Translations under genes and position numbers: made by a program
In this document: positions 30,565 to 39,974 of the stretch, in pieces
Numbering within the stretch: the first letter of the stretch is position 1
How the letters are laid out: each line of letters opens with the position of its first letter
Source: an uncultured delta proteobacterium
GTDB lineage: Bacteria > Desulfobacterota > RBG-13-43-22
Assembly (NCBI GenBank): GCA_963743305.1
Contig: CAVUPH010000030.1
Location: 1 to 64,000, forward strand
Direction of reading: 5' to 3'
DNA length: 64,000 nt
The notes under the pieces: model-generated
Told to the model about the DNA's origin: nothing
Seen by the model: the letters and a program-made list of their open reading frames with translations, nothing else
The model's database searches: none

Positions 30565-31788
30565 TTACTTCTCCGCAATCTTGACTCGGCTCCCATCCTT
30601 CAGCCCCTTGGGGGGATTGAGGACCACCCGGTCGCCGGCCCGGAGTCCCCGGGTAATCTGCACCAGATCCGCCAGGAGAGGTCCCTTATCGATGGGGACT
30701 TCTTGAACCTGGTCCCCTTTGAGTTGATAAACTATGGCCCGGCCGTTCTTGGAAACGAGGGCCGAGGGGTTCACCCCGAGTTTGGGTTTTTCATCCCGGG
30801 CAATGGGCCTGGAAAGAAAGGCCACCTTGGCGCTCATCTCCGGCAGAACGCGGTCATCTTTTTTAAGAAATTTCACTTTGGTCTGGACCGTGGCCTTCGT
30901 CCGGTCAGCCGTGGGAACGACCATGTGAACCTCCCCCGGGAAACGTTCCTCCGGGAAGGCGTCCAGGGTGATTTCACAGGGCTGGCCGGCTTTCACTTTT
31001 TCCAGGTTGATCTCGGAGACATCGGCTTCCACGATCAATGATTCCATGTCGGCCATGGTCACCACCGCCGCCTTGGCGTTGACCGAAGAGCCGAAAGGGG
31101 CAACCACCTCTCCCACGTCGGCATTCTTGGTTAAAATCACCCCGTCGAACGGAGCCCGGATCAGGGTGTATTCCAGGCCCACCCGCACGGCCTGGAGAGC
31201 CGCCTCGGCCGCTTTGATCTGAGAGCGCGCGGCCGCTTCGGCCGCCAACGACTGCTGAAATTTGGCTTCGGCGGCATCGTAATCGGACTGGGAGACGGCC
31301 TGGGCCTGGATCAATTTTTGATACCGTTCGAATCGCAGGCGATCGTTGCTGACACCGGCCCGAACCTGGTTCAGGTTGGCCTGGGCGGCGTTGAGGTTGG
31401 CCTGGGCCTGGGCGGCCTGGGCCTGGAGGTCGGCATTTTCCAGCCGGGCCAGGATTTGCCCTTTTTTGACCCGCGACCCTTCCTCCACGGCCAGGGTTTC
31501 CAGCCGACCGGTGCCTTTGGAGGCCACGGCTGCTTTTCGCTGGGCCACCACATACCCGCTGGCGTTAAGGAGGGTAACCGGCTGAGAGGGATAAATCAGG
31601 GAAACCGTAGTGACCGAGACTTCCTGGGCCGGACGCAGATAGCCCCGGACATACCCTAATCCGATCAATCCCAACAAGAGCAAGAACAAGAGGACCCAGA
31701 CAATTCTTTTTCTCTTGGACCGTCGATAAGGTACCGGTTCTTTTTCGGACCGGGGAATTTTAAGTTGGGCCAGATCTTCCTTTTCCAT
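30565..31788 (-). CDS. Efflux periplasmic adaptor subunit (MacA/HlyD-type)
   Basis: ASGYVVAQRKAAVASK, VEEGSRVKKGQ, coiled coil, IRAPFDG. Confidence 0.92.
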   Translation of the reverse strand: MEKEDLAQLKIPRSEKEPVPYRRSKRKRIVWVLLFLLLLGLIGLGYVRGYLRPAQEVSVTTVSLIYPSQPVTLLNASGYVVAQRKAAVASKGTGRLETLAVEEGSRVKKGQILARLENADLQAQAAQAQANLNAAQANLNQVRAGVSNDRLRFERYQKLIQAQAVSQSDYDAAEAKFQQSLAAEAAARSQIKAAEAALQAVRVGLEYTLIRAPFDGVILTKNADVGEVVAPFGSSVNAKAAVVTMADMESLIVEADVSEINLEKVKAGQPCEITLDAFPEERFPGEVHMVVPTADRTKATVQTKVKFLKKDDRVLPEMSAKVAFLSRPIARDEKPKLGVNPSALVSKNGRAIVYQLKGDQVQEVPIDKGPLLADLVQITRGLRAGDRVVLNPPKGLKDGSRVKIAEK

Positions 31789-31887
31789 TTTGCGGTTGCC
31801 TTTTAGTTGACTTTAGGCTATAATTATTATTTTCTATCTAAAATAGAAGTATTGTTTAGTCTGTCATTCTCCCTGATCCCTCATCGT

Positions 31888-31964
31888 GGGCGATTAGCTC
31901 AGTTGGATAGAGCGTTGGTCTCCGGAACCAAAGGCCGTGGGTTCAAGTCCCGCATCGCCCACCA
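31888..31964 (+). tRNA. tRNA-Arg (anticodon CCG)
   Basis: GGGCGAT...ATCGCCCACCA, loop CT-CCG-GA, TTCAAGT T-loop, 77 nt. Confidence 0.96.
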
Positions 31965-32375
31965 TTAAAATATAAATCCTTACCCCGTTCGGGGCCTGAT
32001 TTTTGATCGATTCTAAGCTATTTCCCAACGTTTTGCTAACGGAATTTCAAGGTCCCCTGCTGACGGTTGAAGGTCGTGTCCGTGAACAAATGCCCATTTT
32101 TAAGCGATTTGGGTAATCCGCGCCTTCTTTTCCCCGTATTTCGCTTTGTTTTTGAAATTACGATCCCAAAGGGGCACCTTTCCCCCCGGAAGATCCCTCT
32201 GCCCCCTCATCTTGGCCCTGTTTGTCTTCTTGTTTTTATTCTTGACCTTACCTTTTTCTTTTTCTTATACTCAACCTTTGATGGCCGGGCTTCGACTGGT
32301 TGCCTTTTTAAGCTGCGAGTCGGCCCGCTTCCGGCAAACCTTAGCAATTAATCGGCCCCCAGGAGGGAAAAGAAA

Positions 32376-32999
32376 ATGCCTTTCGACAACATCAGACCCA
32401 ATCTAGTGGGAGATCGGCCAAGAATCCATCCGGACTCGCTAATCGATCCTTCGGCCCAAATCATTGGCAACGTCATAATCGAAAAGGATGTCTTTGTGGG
32501 GCCCCTGGCCGTCATCAGGGCCGATGAACGCGGTCGCGACGGAAAAGTCATGCCCATCATCATCGGCGAAGAGGTCAATATCCAAGACGGGGTAATCATC
32601 CACAGTCACGGAGGCACCTCGGTGAGAATAGGGGCCAGGTCTTCCATCGCTCACGGCGTCACAATTCACGGTCCGTGCACCATAGGCGAGGAATGCTTTT
32701 TGGCCGTCAGGGCCACCATCTACAACACCACCCTCGAAGACAACGTTTGGATCGGCATGGCCGCCGCGGTCATGAGATCTAAGCTCGAGCAATTTACCTA
32801 TGTGCCCTCTGGAGCCATCGTCCGCTCCAAACATGACCTGGGAGTTGTCAGGATCGTTTCCGATAGTGAGCGGCAATATATGATGGAAGTACGGGATGCC
32901 GCCACCCAACTCAGAAAGGATTATCTCGAAGCAAGGGCGCGGGTGCAGGAATACCTGAATTCCAAGACGTCCCCCAAAAAAGAAAGAAAAGAAAGATAG
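32376..32999 (+). CDS. Gamma-class carbonic anhydrase family protein
   Basis: Hexapeptide repeats, IRADE, NIQDGVIIH, IAHGVTIHGP. Confidence 0.9.
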   Translation: MPFDNIRPNLVGDRPRIHPDSLIDPSAQIIGNVIIEKDVFVGPLAVIRADERGRDGKVMPIIIGEEVNIQDGVIIHSHGGTSVRIGARSSIAHGVTIHGPCTIGEECFLAVRATIYNTTLEDNVWIGMAAAVMRSKLEQFTYVPSGAIVRSKHDLGVVRIVSDSERQYMMEVRDAATQLRKDYLEARARVQEYLNSKTSPKKERKER

Positions 33000-33052
33000 A
33001 TAGATTAACGGAACCCAACGCCAATTTTCTTAGGGTAACCCTCGAGCCAGTA

Positions 33053-33106
33053 AAAAAATTCCGGATCAGACCCGCAAGTCTAGGGCCTGTCCGGATTTAT
33101 TTTTTT
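33053..33106. terminator. Bidirectional terminator
   Basis: A-run, tccgga...tccgga stem, T-run between convergent genes. Confidence 0.6.
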
Positions 33107-33130
33107 AGCTTCGGAATGGTTTGCGGTAAG

Positions 33131-34249
33131 TTAGGCCTTGGGCGGAACCGCGACCAACTCGTATTGACGAGTCCCAAGACCGATTTCCTCCCCGTAGACC
33201 AATTGCCTCTCCCAGTCAATTTGGGGGTAGACTCCCCGGAACTTGTCTTCCCCGGCCTCGAAGTTCTTGGTCAAAGCGGAATCCCGGTTGCCCGGTTCCC
33301 GGTTGACCAGGTCAACCGAGGCCTGATCGATGGCTACTGGATCGGTGGAAGCCAGGATACCGATGTCCCGGACGATGGGCCGGTCGGCGTGGCCGTAGCA
33401 GTCGCAGGCCGGGGAGATATCGGTCAAAAAATTCAGGAACAGGGCCCTGCCCTCTTTGCCTTTTAAGACCCCCGCCGCGTGCTCCACCATCTTCTGCTGA
33501 AAAATGGGGATGGATTCGTTCCACTGAATTTGAATGGCCCCCTGGGGGCAGGTCAGGATACATTCGCCGCAGCCCACGCAGGTTTCCGGATTGATCACCG
33601 ATTTTTCGTCTTCCAGGGCGATGGCGCTCTGGGCGCAGTGACTAACGCACTCCCCGCAGCCGATGCATTTCTTCCGGGTCACCTTGGGCGCGATATTGGA
33701 ATGCTGGCTGAGTTTCCCTTCCCGCGAAGCGCAGCCCATGCCCACATTTTTGATGGTCCCGCCGAAACCGGCCAGTTCATGCCCTTTAAAATGGGCCACG
33801 CTGATGAAGGCGTCGGCCGCAACGATGTCGGCGGCAATAGAAACGGACTTAAAATTCTTTTTATTAATGGTCACCTTGGCGGCGGATTTTCCCTTGAGCC
33901 CATCGGCAATAATCAGGGGGGCCCCGACCGTGTCGTAAGAAAACCCGTTTCCCAGGGCCGTCAGCAGGTGAGAAACGCTTTCGGCGCGGGTACCGACATA
34001 AAGGGTATTGGCATCGGTGATAAAGGGCTTGCCGCCCCAGGCCTTGACTTTATCGGTAATGGGGCGCACATAGATGGGGCGCACATAGGCTGTATTGCCC
34101 TTTTCCCCGAAATGGATTTTAATTGCCACCAGGTTGTTTTTGGCCAGTGCTCTGGAAAAGGGCACTTTGTCCAGCAGTTGACTGATCCGCTGTAGCCGAT
34201 TCTCCTTCAACGAAGTCTTCAAGTCGACGAAATAAACGGGTGATGCCAT
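33131..34249 (-). CDS. DUF362 domain protein with 2x[4Fe-4S] ferredoxin domain
   Basis: KIHFGEKGN, HFKGH, CIGCGEC...CVGCGECILTCP, DPVAIDQAS. Confidence 0.92.
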   Translation of the reverse strand: MASPVYFVDLKTSLKENRLQRISQLLDKVPFSRALAKNNLVAIKIHFGEKGNTAYVRPIYVRPITDKVKAWGGKPFITDANTLYVGTRAESVSHLLTALGNGFSYDTVGAPLIIADGLKGKSAAKVTINKKNFKSVSIAADIVAADAFISVAHFKGHELAGFGGTIKNVGMGCASREGKLSQHSNIAPKVTRKKCIGCGECVSHCAQSAIALEDEKSVINPETCVGCGECILTCPQGAIQIQWNESIPIFQQKMVEHAAGVLKGKEGRALFLNFLTDISPACDCYGHADRPIVRDIGILASTDPVAIDQASVDLVNREPGNRDSALTKNFEAGEDKFRGVYPQIDWERQLVYGEEIGLGTRQYELVAVPPKA

Positions 34250-34266
34250 AAATCCCTCCTAAAGAT

Positions 34267-34400
34267 GGGCGGAGCGCAGGGCGCAAAGCGCGGAGCGTTA
34301 AAAACTTCAATCAAACGCCCAACCAGTTTTTTTACACCCTTGACGGTGAAACCATCTTTTGTATTTATTACGCTCTGCGCTCGGCGCTCAGCGCTCTGCC
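34267..34400. repeat. Inverted arrays of GCGC-rich heptamer tandem repeats
   Basis: gcggagc-gcagggc-gcaaagc-gcggagc ... gctctgc-gctcggc-gctcagc-gctctgc. Confidence 0.7.
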
Positions 34401-35540
34401 TCAGATGATTCCCATCCCCTTTAATACCGAAAGCATGACCGCCGCGGCCAAGACCGAACCGACCTGGCCGCCGGCATTGGCACCCATGGCGTGCATCAGC
34501 AGGTAATTTCTCTTGTTGTATTTGAATCCTTCTTTTTGGACCACCCGGGCCGACATGGGGAAGGCGGAAATCCCGGCTGCCCCGATCAAAGGATTCACCT
34601 TGCCGCCGGTCAACATCATCAAGGCCTTTCCAAAAAGGACCCCGCAGGCCGTGTCTAGGCAAATGGCCAACAGACCCAGGGCCAGGATAATTAAGGTTTG
34701 GGACTTGACGAATTCCGGCCCACTCATGGTGGCCCCGATGGAAATACCCAGGAGTAAAGTAACAATATTCGAAATTTCATTTTCCGAGGCCTTGGTCAAC
34801 CGGCTGACCGCCCCGGATTCCTTCATCAGGTTCCCCAGCATGATGGTGGCCAAAAGGGGCAAGCCTTTGGGGGCAATAAAGCCTCCCACTATGGTAATGA
34901 CGATGGGAAAGAGGATTCGGGTTGTTTTAGAAACGGTCTTTTTATGGGTTTTCATAACAATCTGCCGCTCTTTTTCGGTGGTCAGCATTCTCATAATCGG
35001 CGGCTGAAGCACAGGAACCAGGGACATATATGAATAAGCCGCCACCGAAACCGCCCCCAGCAAATGAGGGGCATACTGGGAGGCGACGTAAATAACCGTG
35101 GGGCCGTCACAGGCCCCGATGATCCCGATGGTCACCGCGTCCAGCTTACTGAATCCCAGCGCCAATGCCAGGAGCAAGGTCAAGAAAATTCCGCATTGAC
35201 CGGCGGCCCCCAGGAGAAAAGTATAGGGATTCTCCAGAACGGGGCCGAAATCGGTCATGGCCCCGATACCGACAAAAATAAGCAACGGAAACAATTCCGT
35301 TATAACGCCGGCATCATAAATAATCCGCAGGAAGCCGTCCTTACCCATAAGCTCCGCCAGGGGAATGTTGACGATAATGGCCCCAAATCCGATGGGCAGT
35401 AAAAGCAGTGGCTCAAAATCCTTTTTTATTCCCAAATAAAGGAGAAGACAACCAACAGCGATCATAATCACGTTAGACCACTGGAGATACACAAACCCGG
35501 CAATGAGCCCGGACAATCCACTTAAAATGGCTTCGAGCAT
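34401..35540 (-). CDS. oadB: Na+-translocating decarboxylase subunit beta
   Basis: FEPLLLLPIGFG, GAMTDFGP, IGIIGACDGPT, VAAYSYMSLVP, NPLIGAAGISAFPMSARV, LLMHAMGAN. Confidence 0.95.
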   Translation of the reverse strand: MLEAILSGLSGLIAGFVYLQWSNVIMIAVGCLLLYLGIKKDFEPLLLLPIGFGAIIVNIPLAELMGKDGFLRIIYDAGVITELFPLLIFVGIGAMTDFGPVLENPYTFLLGAAGQCGIFLTLLLALALGFSKLDAVTIGIIGACDGPTVIYVASQYAPHLLGAVSVAAYSYMSLVPVLQPPIMRMLTTEKERQIVMKTHKKTVSKTTRILFPIVITIVGGFIAPKGLPLLATIMLGNLMKESGAVSRLTKASENEISNIVTLLLGISIGATMSGPEFVKSQTLIILALGLLAICLDTACGVLFGKALMMLTGGKVNPLIGAAGISAFPMSARVVQKEGFKYNKRNYLLMHAMGANAGGQVGSVLAAAVMLSVLKGMGII

Positions 35541-35558
35541 TATTCTTGTTCCCCTTTC

Positions 35559-35693
35559 TTATTCTTCTTCCCCTTCTTTAATAGGAAAAATTCTCTTTAA
35601 AACTCCCATCAACGTGCTCATGATCATTAAGGTGAGTAGCGTGCCTCCCATGCCGACGATGAGCATGCTCAGGCCAAAGGTCCAGTTATCCAT
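35559..35693 (-). CDS. oadG: Na+-translocating decarboxylase gamma/delta-like small subunit (44 aa; not in the ORF track)
   Basis: RBS AAGGGAGG; MDNWTFGLSMLIVGMGGTLLTLMIMSTLMGVLKRIFPIKEGEEE; single TM with GMG motif, directly upstream of oadB. Confidence 0.8.
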   Translation of the reverse strand: MDNWTFGLSMLIVGMGGTLLTLMIMSTLMGVLKRIFPIKEGEEE

Positions 35694-35806
35694 AGCTTAC
35701 CTCCCTTAGATAAAAGAAATTTTCTCACTGGGGTCCTGAAGATTCAAAACCCTATTTTCGATTGGGTGAAGCCGAAATCCAGGTGATGGATATCGATCTA
35801 TTAAGA

Positions 35807-36619
35807 TCAGCCTTTCCCTCCCCGGTAATGCAACTCGTTGCGGATGGTCAGGTCGGCGGCGAATTTTCGGGCCTTTTCTTCGAGGTAATTATTTTCTTCC
35901 GCCGAATGAACTACCCCCCGGAGGACAATGGCCGTGCCATCATGAAAAACCTCCAGGGTGGGGACGAACACCTTGGTATCGGTAACCAACCGGGCCTTGA
36001 TTTTGGCGGCCGCGGCTTGCTCCCGGAGTCTCTGTTCGGCTTCCGGGGTGACCCGGAGGTCCAACTCTTGCAGAGCGTTAACGAGTAATTTCACCACCTG
36101 CTCGTACGATTGAAGACCGGTGTTAAAGACCAGGTCATAAAACCGGGTGTTGCTCCATTCCTCGCCGTAGTTGGCCTTGATATAGCCGGCCCGGGCCCGA
36201 TCCGTCTTCTCAACCATCCACTGGGCCGTCCTGGGATCCAATCGGTCCTGATTTATAGCCCGCTCGATCCGTTTTTCCAAGGGGGCTACAATTCGGACCT
36301 TCAAGGCATAAGGAACATCCCGGAGAAGGAGATGGCTGCCCCGACCCAGGATGACCACACGGTTCCGGAGGGCATGTTCAAAGATATGAGCCTCCACCAA
36401 GGCCACATATCCTCGATATTGCCAGTCATAACGCTCCCAAAGGGAGGGGGTGTTCTCATCCACTTCCTGAACAAGGTTCTCCCATTTTTCCCCGGCGCTG
36501 CGGATGTCGTGGATCAATCGTTCCTTATCCACGTAAACATAGTGCAGTTCTTCAGCCACCGATCGGCCGATCTCTTCTCCGCCGCTGCGATATTCCCTGG
36601 AAATCGACAAAATGGCCAT
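35807..36619 (-). CDS. Cytidylate kinase-like family protein with C-terminal BON-like domain
   Basis: ISREYRSGGEEIG, VVILGRG, D..RA.Y...YG, YDLVFNT; C-terminal IVLRGVVHS...IRNEL. Confidence 0.85.
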   Translation of the reverse strand: MAILSISREYRSGGEEIGRSVAEELHYVYVDKERLIHDIRSAGEKWENLVQEVDENTPSLWERYDWQYRGYVALVEAHIFEHALRNRVVILGRGSHLLLRDVPYALKVRIVAPLEKRIERAINQDRLDPRTAQWMVEKTDRARAGYIKANYGEEWSNTRFYDLVFNTGLQSYEQVVKLLVNALQELDLRVTPEAEQRLREQAAAAKIKARLVTDTKVFVPTLEVFHDGTAIVLRGVVHSAEENNYLEEKARKFAADLTIRNELHYRGGKG

Positions 36620-36624
36620 ACCGT

Positions 36625-37380
36625 TTACTCCCTATCTCCCGAAGCCGAGGGAAGCGAAGGGGGGACACTCGGATGCCCTTTTCCCGTCCGGGAGATCCGG
36701 TGCCTAAGCCAGAGTTTGCCGGCCGCCAGCACCCCGACGAGGAAAAACCCTTCCATGGCATATTGAAGCCACGGGGAAGGCTCCAGCAGTTTGGCGACGA
36801 AGGGGTCGGTGATCATCATTTCCCCGCCGACCCGGCCCAGAACCGCAGCGCCGATATAAATGATGGCCGGGTACTTGTCCATCAGCAGGGAAAGAAGGGT
36901 GCTGGTAAAAACCACGAAAGGGATGCTCAGGGCCAGCCCGAAGATCAGCAGAAGCAGATTGCCTTTGGAAGCCCCGGCCACCGCCAGCACGTTGTCGGTG
37001 GACATGGTTAGATCGGCGATAATGATAACCCAGATAGCCTGGGCCAGGGTTTTGGCTTCTTGTTTGATCTCTTCCTGGGGCGCACCCTCCACGAAGAGCC
37101 TGAAGGCGATCCAGATGATGACCGCTCCGCCGATGAATTTGATAAAATTGATTTGCAGCAATTGCGAGGCGAAAAACGTTAAGATCACCCGCAGGAGTAC
37201 CGCCGCCCCGGCTCCGATGGCGATGCCGCGCGTTCGCTGCTTCCGCGGCAAGGAGCGCACCGCCATGGCGATGACCACGGCATTATCCCCGGCCAGAATG
37301 AGGTCGATGAGCACAATGCTCAGAAAACCGGTAACAAACTCCCAGTTAAAATGAAGCTGCCCGAAAACGCCTATGTCCAA
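36625..37380 (-). CDS. TerC family (YjbE-like) membrane protein
   Basis: IDLILAGDNAVVIAMA, ADLTMSTDNVLAVAGAS. Confidence 0.93.
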   Translation of the reverse strand: MDIGVFGQLHFNWEFVTGFLSIVLIDLILAGDNAVVIAMAVRSLPRKQRTRGIAIGAGAAVLLRVILTFFASQLLQINFIKFIGGAVIIWIAFRLFVEGAPQEEIKQEAKTLAQAIWVIIIADLTMSTDNVLAVAGASKGNLLLLIFGLALSIPFVVFTSTLLSLLMDKYPAIIYIGAAVLGRVGGEMMITDPFVAKLLEPSPWLQYAMEGFFLVGVLAAGKLWLRHRISRTGKGHPSVPPSLPSASGDRE

Positions 37381-37767
37381 GAGGGGTTCGCCTATCGTTA
37401 CGGTTTTTTTCCCGGTACGGCTCCGGCTTTAGGCCGGACTAACCCTCTTAATACCCTGGTCGATGAAATCATACAATAATTTTTACTGATGTCAATTAAA
37501 TATAGCTATATTTTGATTATAATATAATTATTTTCCCCCGGTGGGGGTCTGGAGGACCGCGGGAAATTAAAGTTCTTGAATAAAAGCCCAATTAATGGCT
37601 TAATTGGCCAATTTTAACTATACGAACCAATCGGACCGCCGATCCGTCCGTCAAGGATTCGAAGCAGTCAGTGCGGTATTTTTTTTGTTCCTGATAATAT
37701 CTTTAGCCCCGCGTAGCCGGGCTCGACTATTTAAAAAGTCAATTCTGGAAGAAAAAAGGAATCAACC

Positions 37768-39099
37768 ATGGACTCCCTTCAGGTTGCAACCGTTCTTATT
37801 TTTTTAGTGAGTATCATCCTGATCATTACCGGTTGGATCGATAGTGTGATCGCCGCCCTCTTGGGAATTGTAATGATGATCTTCATCGGGGTTATGTCCG
37901 AAGTTCAAGCCTTTCAGAAGGTCGATTGGAACGTGATTCTCATCCTGCTCAGTATCTGGATCGTCTCGGGATACTTCGGGAAGTCCGGCGTGCCGGATTT
38001 CTTGTCGGCGGTGATCCTTAAAAAATCCAAAGGCAACGTGGCGGTTTTTGTAACTTTCATAGGGACCTTGGCTGGATTTATTTCCATGCTGATTGACAAC
38101 GTCGTGGTAGTCCTCATGTTCGCCCCGGTCCTCTTTCACGCTTCTCGGCGGTTCAAATTCTCCCCCTTTGTCCCCCTTCTATTTATCGGCCTCTGCGCCA
38201 ATTTTATGGGAACCGCTATGCTTTTGGGGGACCTGCCGCCCCAGATGCTGCACAGTGTAGCCGGGATCGAATTCAGCGGCTTTATTTGGCAGCAGGGACG
38301 CCCTTCTTCTTTCTTCATTCTGTTGATTTCTTATTGCTTTACCGTTTCCTTCTTTTACTGGAAATTTTCCAAGCTCTATAAAGGGAAGGTGATGGATATC
38401 TCCACCCTCGATGAACGCCCGCTGGATCATATCAAAGATAAACCCTTTGCGATCGTTACCTGTTCGATTTTCTGTCTCACTATTACGGCCATGGCCTTTC
38501 GGCCCTTTTTTGGCTACTATCTCGGGTTTATTGCTTTATGGGGGGCCTTGGTCCTGATCCTGATTTTTGAGATTTTTAATAACGCCTTCACTTTGGAGAT
38601 ACCCAATTTAGAACAGGTGTTCGCCGAATTGGATTGGAGAGCGATCTTTTTTTATATCTCCCTTTTTGCCCTGGTCGGCGGATTGGAACACGCCGGGGTC
38701 ATTAAATGGCTTTCCAATGGAATTACCCCCTATATCAAACAGAGTATGGTGGTCGGGAGCACTCTGCTGTTTTGGATTACGGCGCCGATTGTCGGGGTGG
38801 TGGAACACGACGCTTACATCCTGACTATGCTCTATGTCATCCGAGACCTGGGAAGGGAACAAGCCATTAACCCCTGGCCCTTTTACTGGATGTTGCTCTG
38901 GGCCGGAACCCTGGGGAGCAACCTGACGGTGGCCGGGGCCCCGGCCTTGTTCGTGGCCAAGAATTTGGCGGACAAAGAGGAGCAAAGAAAAACCAGTCTG
39001 AAGGAATTCTTGAGTATAACAGGGCCCTACGTAATCGTCTCTTTGGTATTTTGTTATTTGCCGGCCATGCTGATCTGGGTTCTTCCTTTTCAAAAATAA
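37768..39099 (+). CDS. ArsB/NhaD/SLC13 ion transporter (IT superfamily)
   Basis: VDWNVI, IDNVVVV, ANFMGTAMLLGDLPP, AGTLGSNLTVAGAPA. Confidence 0.9.
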   Translation: MDSLQVATVLIFLVSIILIITGWIDSVIAALLGIVMMIFIGVMSEVQAFQKVDWNVILILLSIWIVSGYFGKSGVPDFLSAVILKKSKGNVAVFVTFIGTLAGFISMLIDNVVVVLMFAPVLFHASRRFKFSPFVPLLFIGLCANFMGTAMLLGDLPPQMLHSVAGIEFSGFIWQQGRPSSFFILLISYCFTVSFFYWKFSKLYKGKVMDISTLDERPLDHIKDKPFAIVTCSIFCLTITAMAFRPFFGYYLGFIALWGALVLILIFEIFNNAFTLEIPNLEQVFAELDWRAIFFYISLFALVGGLEHAGVIKWLSNGITPYIKQSMVVGSTLLFWITAPIVGVVEHDAYILTMLYVIRDLGREQAINPWPFYWMLLWAGTLGSNLTVAGAPALFVAKNLADKEEQRKTSLKEFLSITGPYVIVSLVFCYLPAMLIWVLPFQK

Positions 39100-39110
39100 A
39101 GGAGGTTTTT

Positions 39111-39959
39111 ATGGCCATTTTGACGGTCGCCAGGCAATTGGAAAGTGGGGGGAGAGATCTGGGGCGGGAAATCGCCGACCGGATGGGCTATAAATTGATC
39201 AACCGAAAAACTATATTCGAGGAAATGCAGTCCGTGGGAGATCAATGGGAGGAATGGGCCCGGTATTTCAAGGAACAAGCCCCCAATGTCTGGGAACGAC
39301 ACGATTGGTCTTACCAGGGGTTCATTGCCCTCACCCATAGTTATGTGCTGAATCATGCCCTCCAAAATAACGTGGTCATCATGGGACGGGAGGGTAATTT
39401 TTTACTGAAACGGGTCCCCTATGCCCTTAGAATTCGAACCGAGGCCCCCCTGCCTTTCCGGATAGAGAGGGTCTTGCGCCGGGAAGAAATAAGCCGGGAG
39501 ATGGCTCAGTGGATGCTGGAAAAAGTGGATGACGACATCGCCCGGTCGGTGTACTTAGTCTATGGCAAGGACTGGGCGGATCCGGCGGAATATGACCACG
39601 TTTTCGATATGAGCAGCCGACCGTTCGAAGAAGTCGTTGCCTTTGTTCAAGAGGCCCTCTCTAAAAAAGATAAGTTCTATACCCAGGAGGTCAGGGAGAT
39701 TCTTCAGTTGAGGGCCTTGGCGGCCAAGATTAAAGCCGCGTTGGTCGTTGATCCCACCTTTTCCATTTCCAAACTGGACGTGACGCCCAAAGAAGAAGGG
39801 CTGGTTGAATACGGACTGATCGTTCAGGGAATCGTCTACAATCGCGAGGATATTAAACGGATTCAGGAGACCGCTCGAAAACTGGCCGGGGAAACGCCCG
39901 TTGAAGTTGAAGTCACTTATCGGATGTCCCCCCGGCTTTCCCAATGGCAGTATAAATGA
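39111..39959 (+). CDS. Cytidylate kinase-like family protein with C-terminal BON-like domain (paralog)
   Basis: GGAGG RBS, VARQLESGG, NVVIMGRE, YDHVFD, AAKIKAALVVDP. Confidence 0.85.
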   Translation: MAILTVARQLESGGRDLGREIADRMGYKLINRKTIFEEMQSVGDQWEEWARYFKEQAPNVWERHDWSYQGFIALTHSYVLNHALQNNVVIMGREGNFLLKRVPYALRIRTEAPLPFRIERVLRREEISREMAQWMLEKVDDDIARSVYLVYGKDWADPAEYDHVFDMSSRPFEEVVAFVQEALSKKDKFYTQEVREILQLRALAAKIKAALVVDPTFSISKLDVTPKEEGLVEYGLIVQGIVYNREDIKRIQETARKLAGETPVEVEVTYRMSPRLSQWQYK

Positions 39960-39974
39960 CGACCACTTATTACT

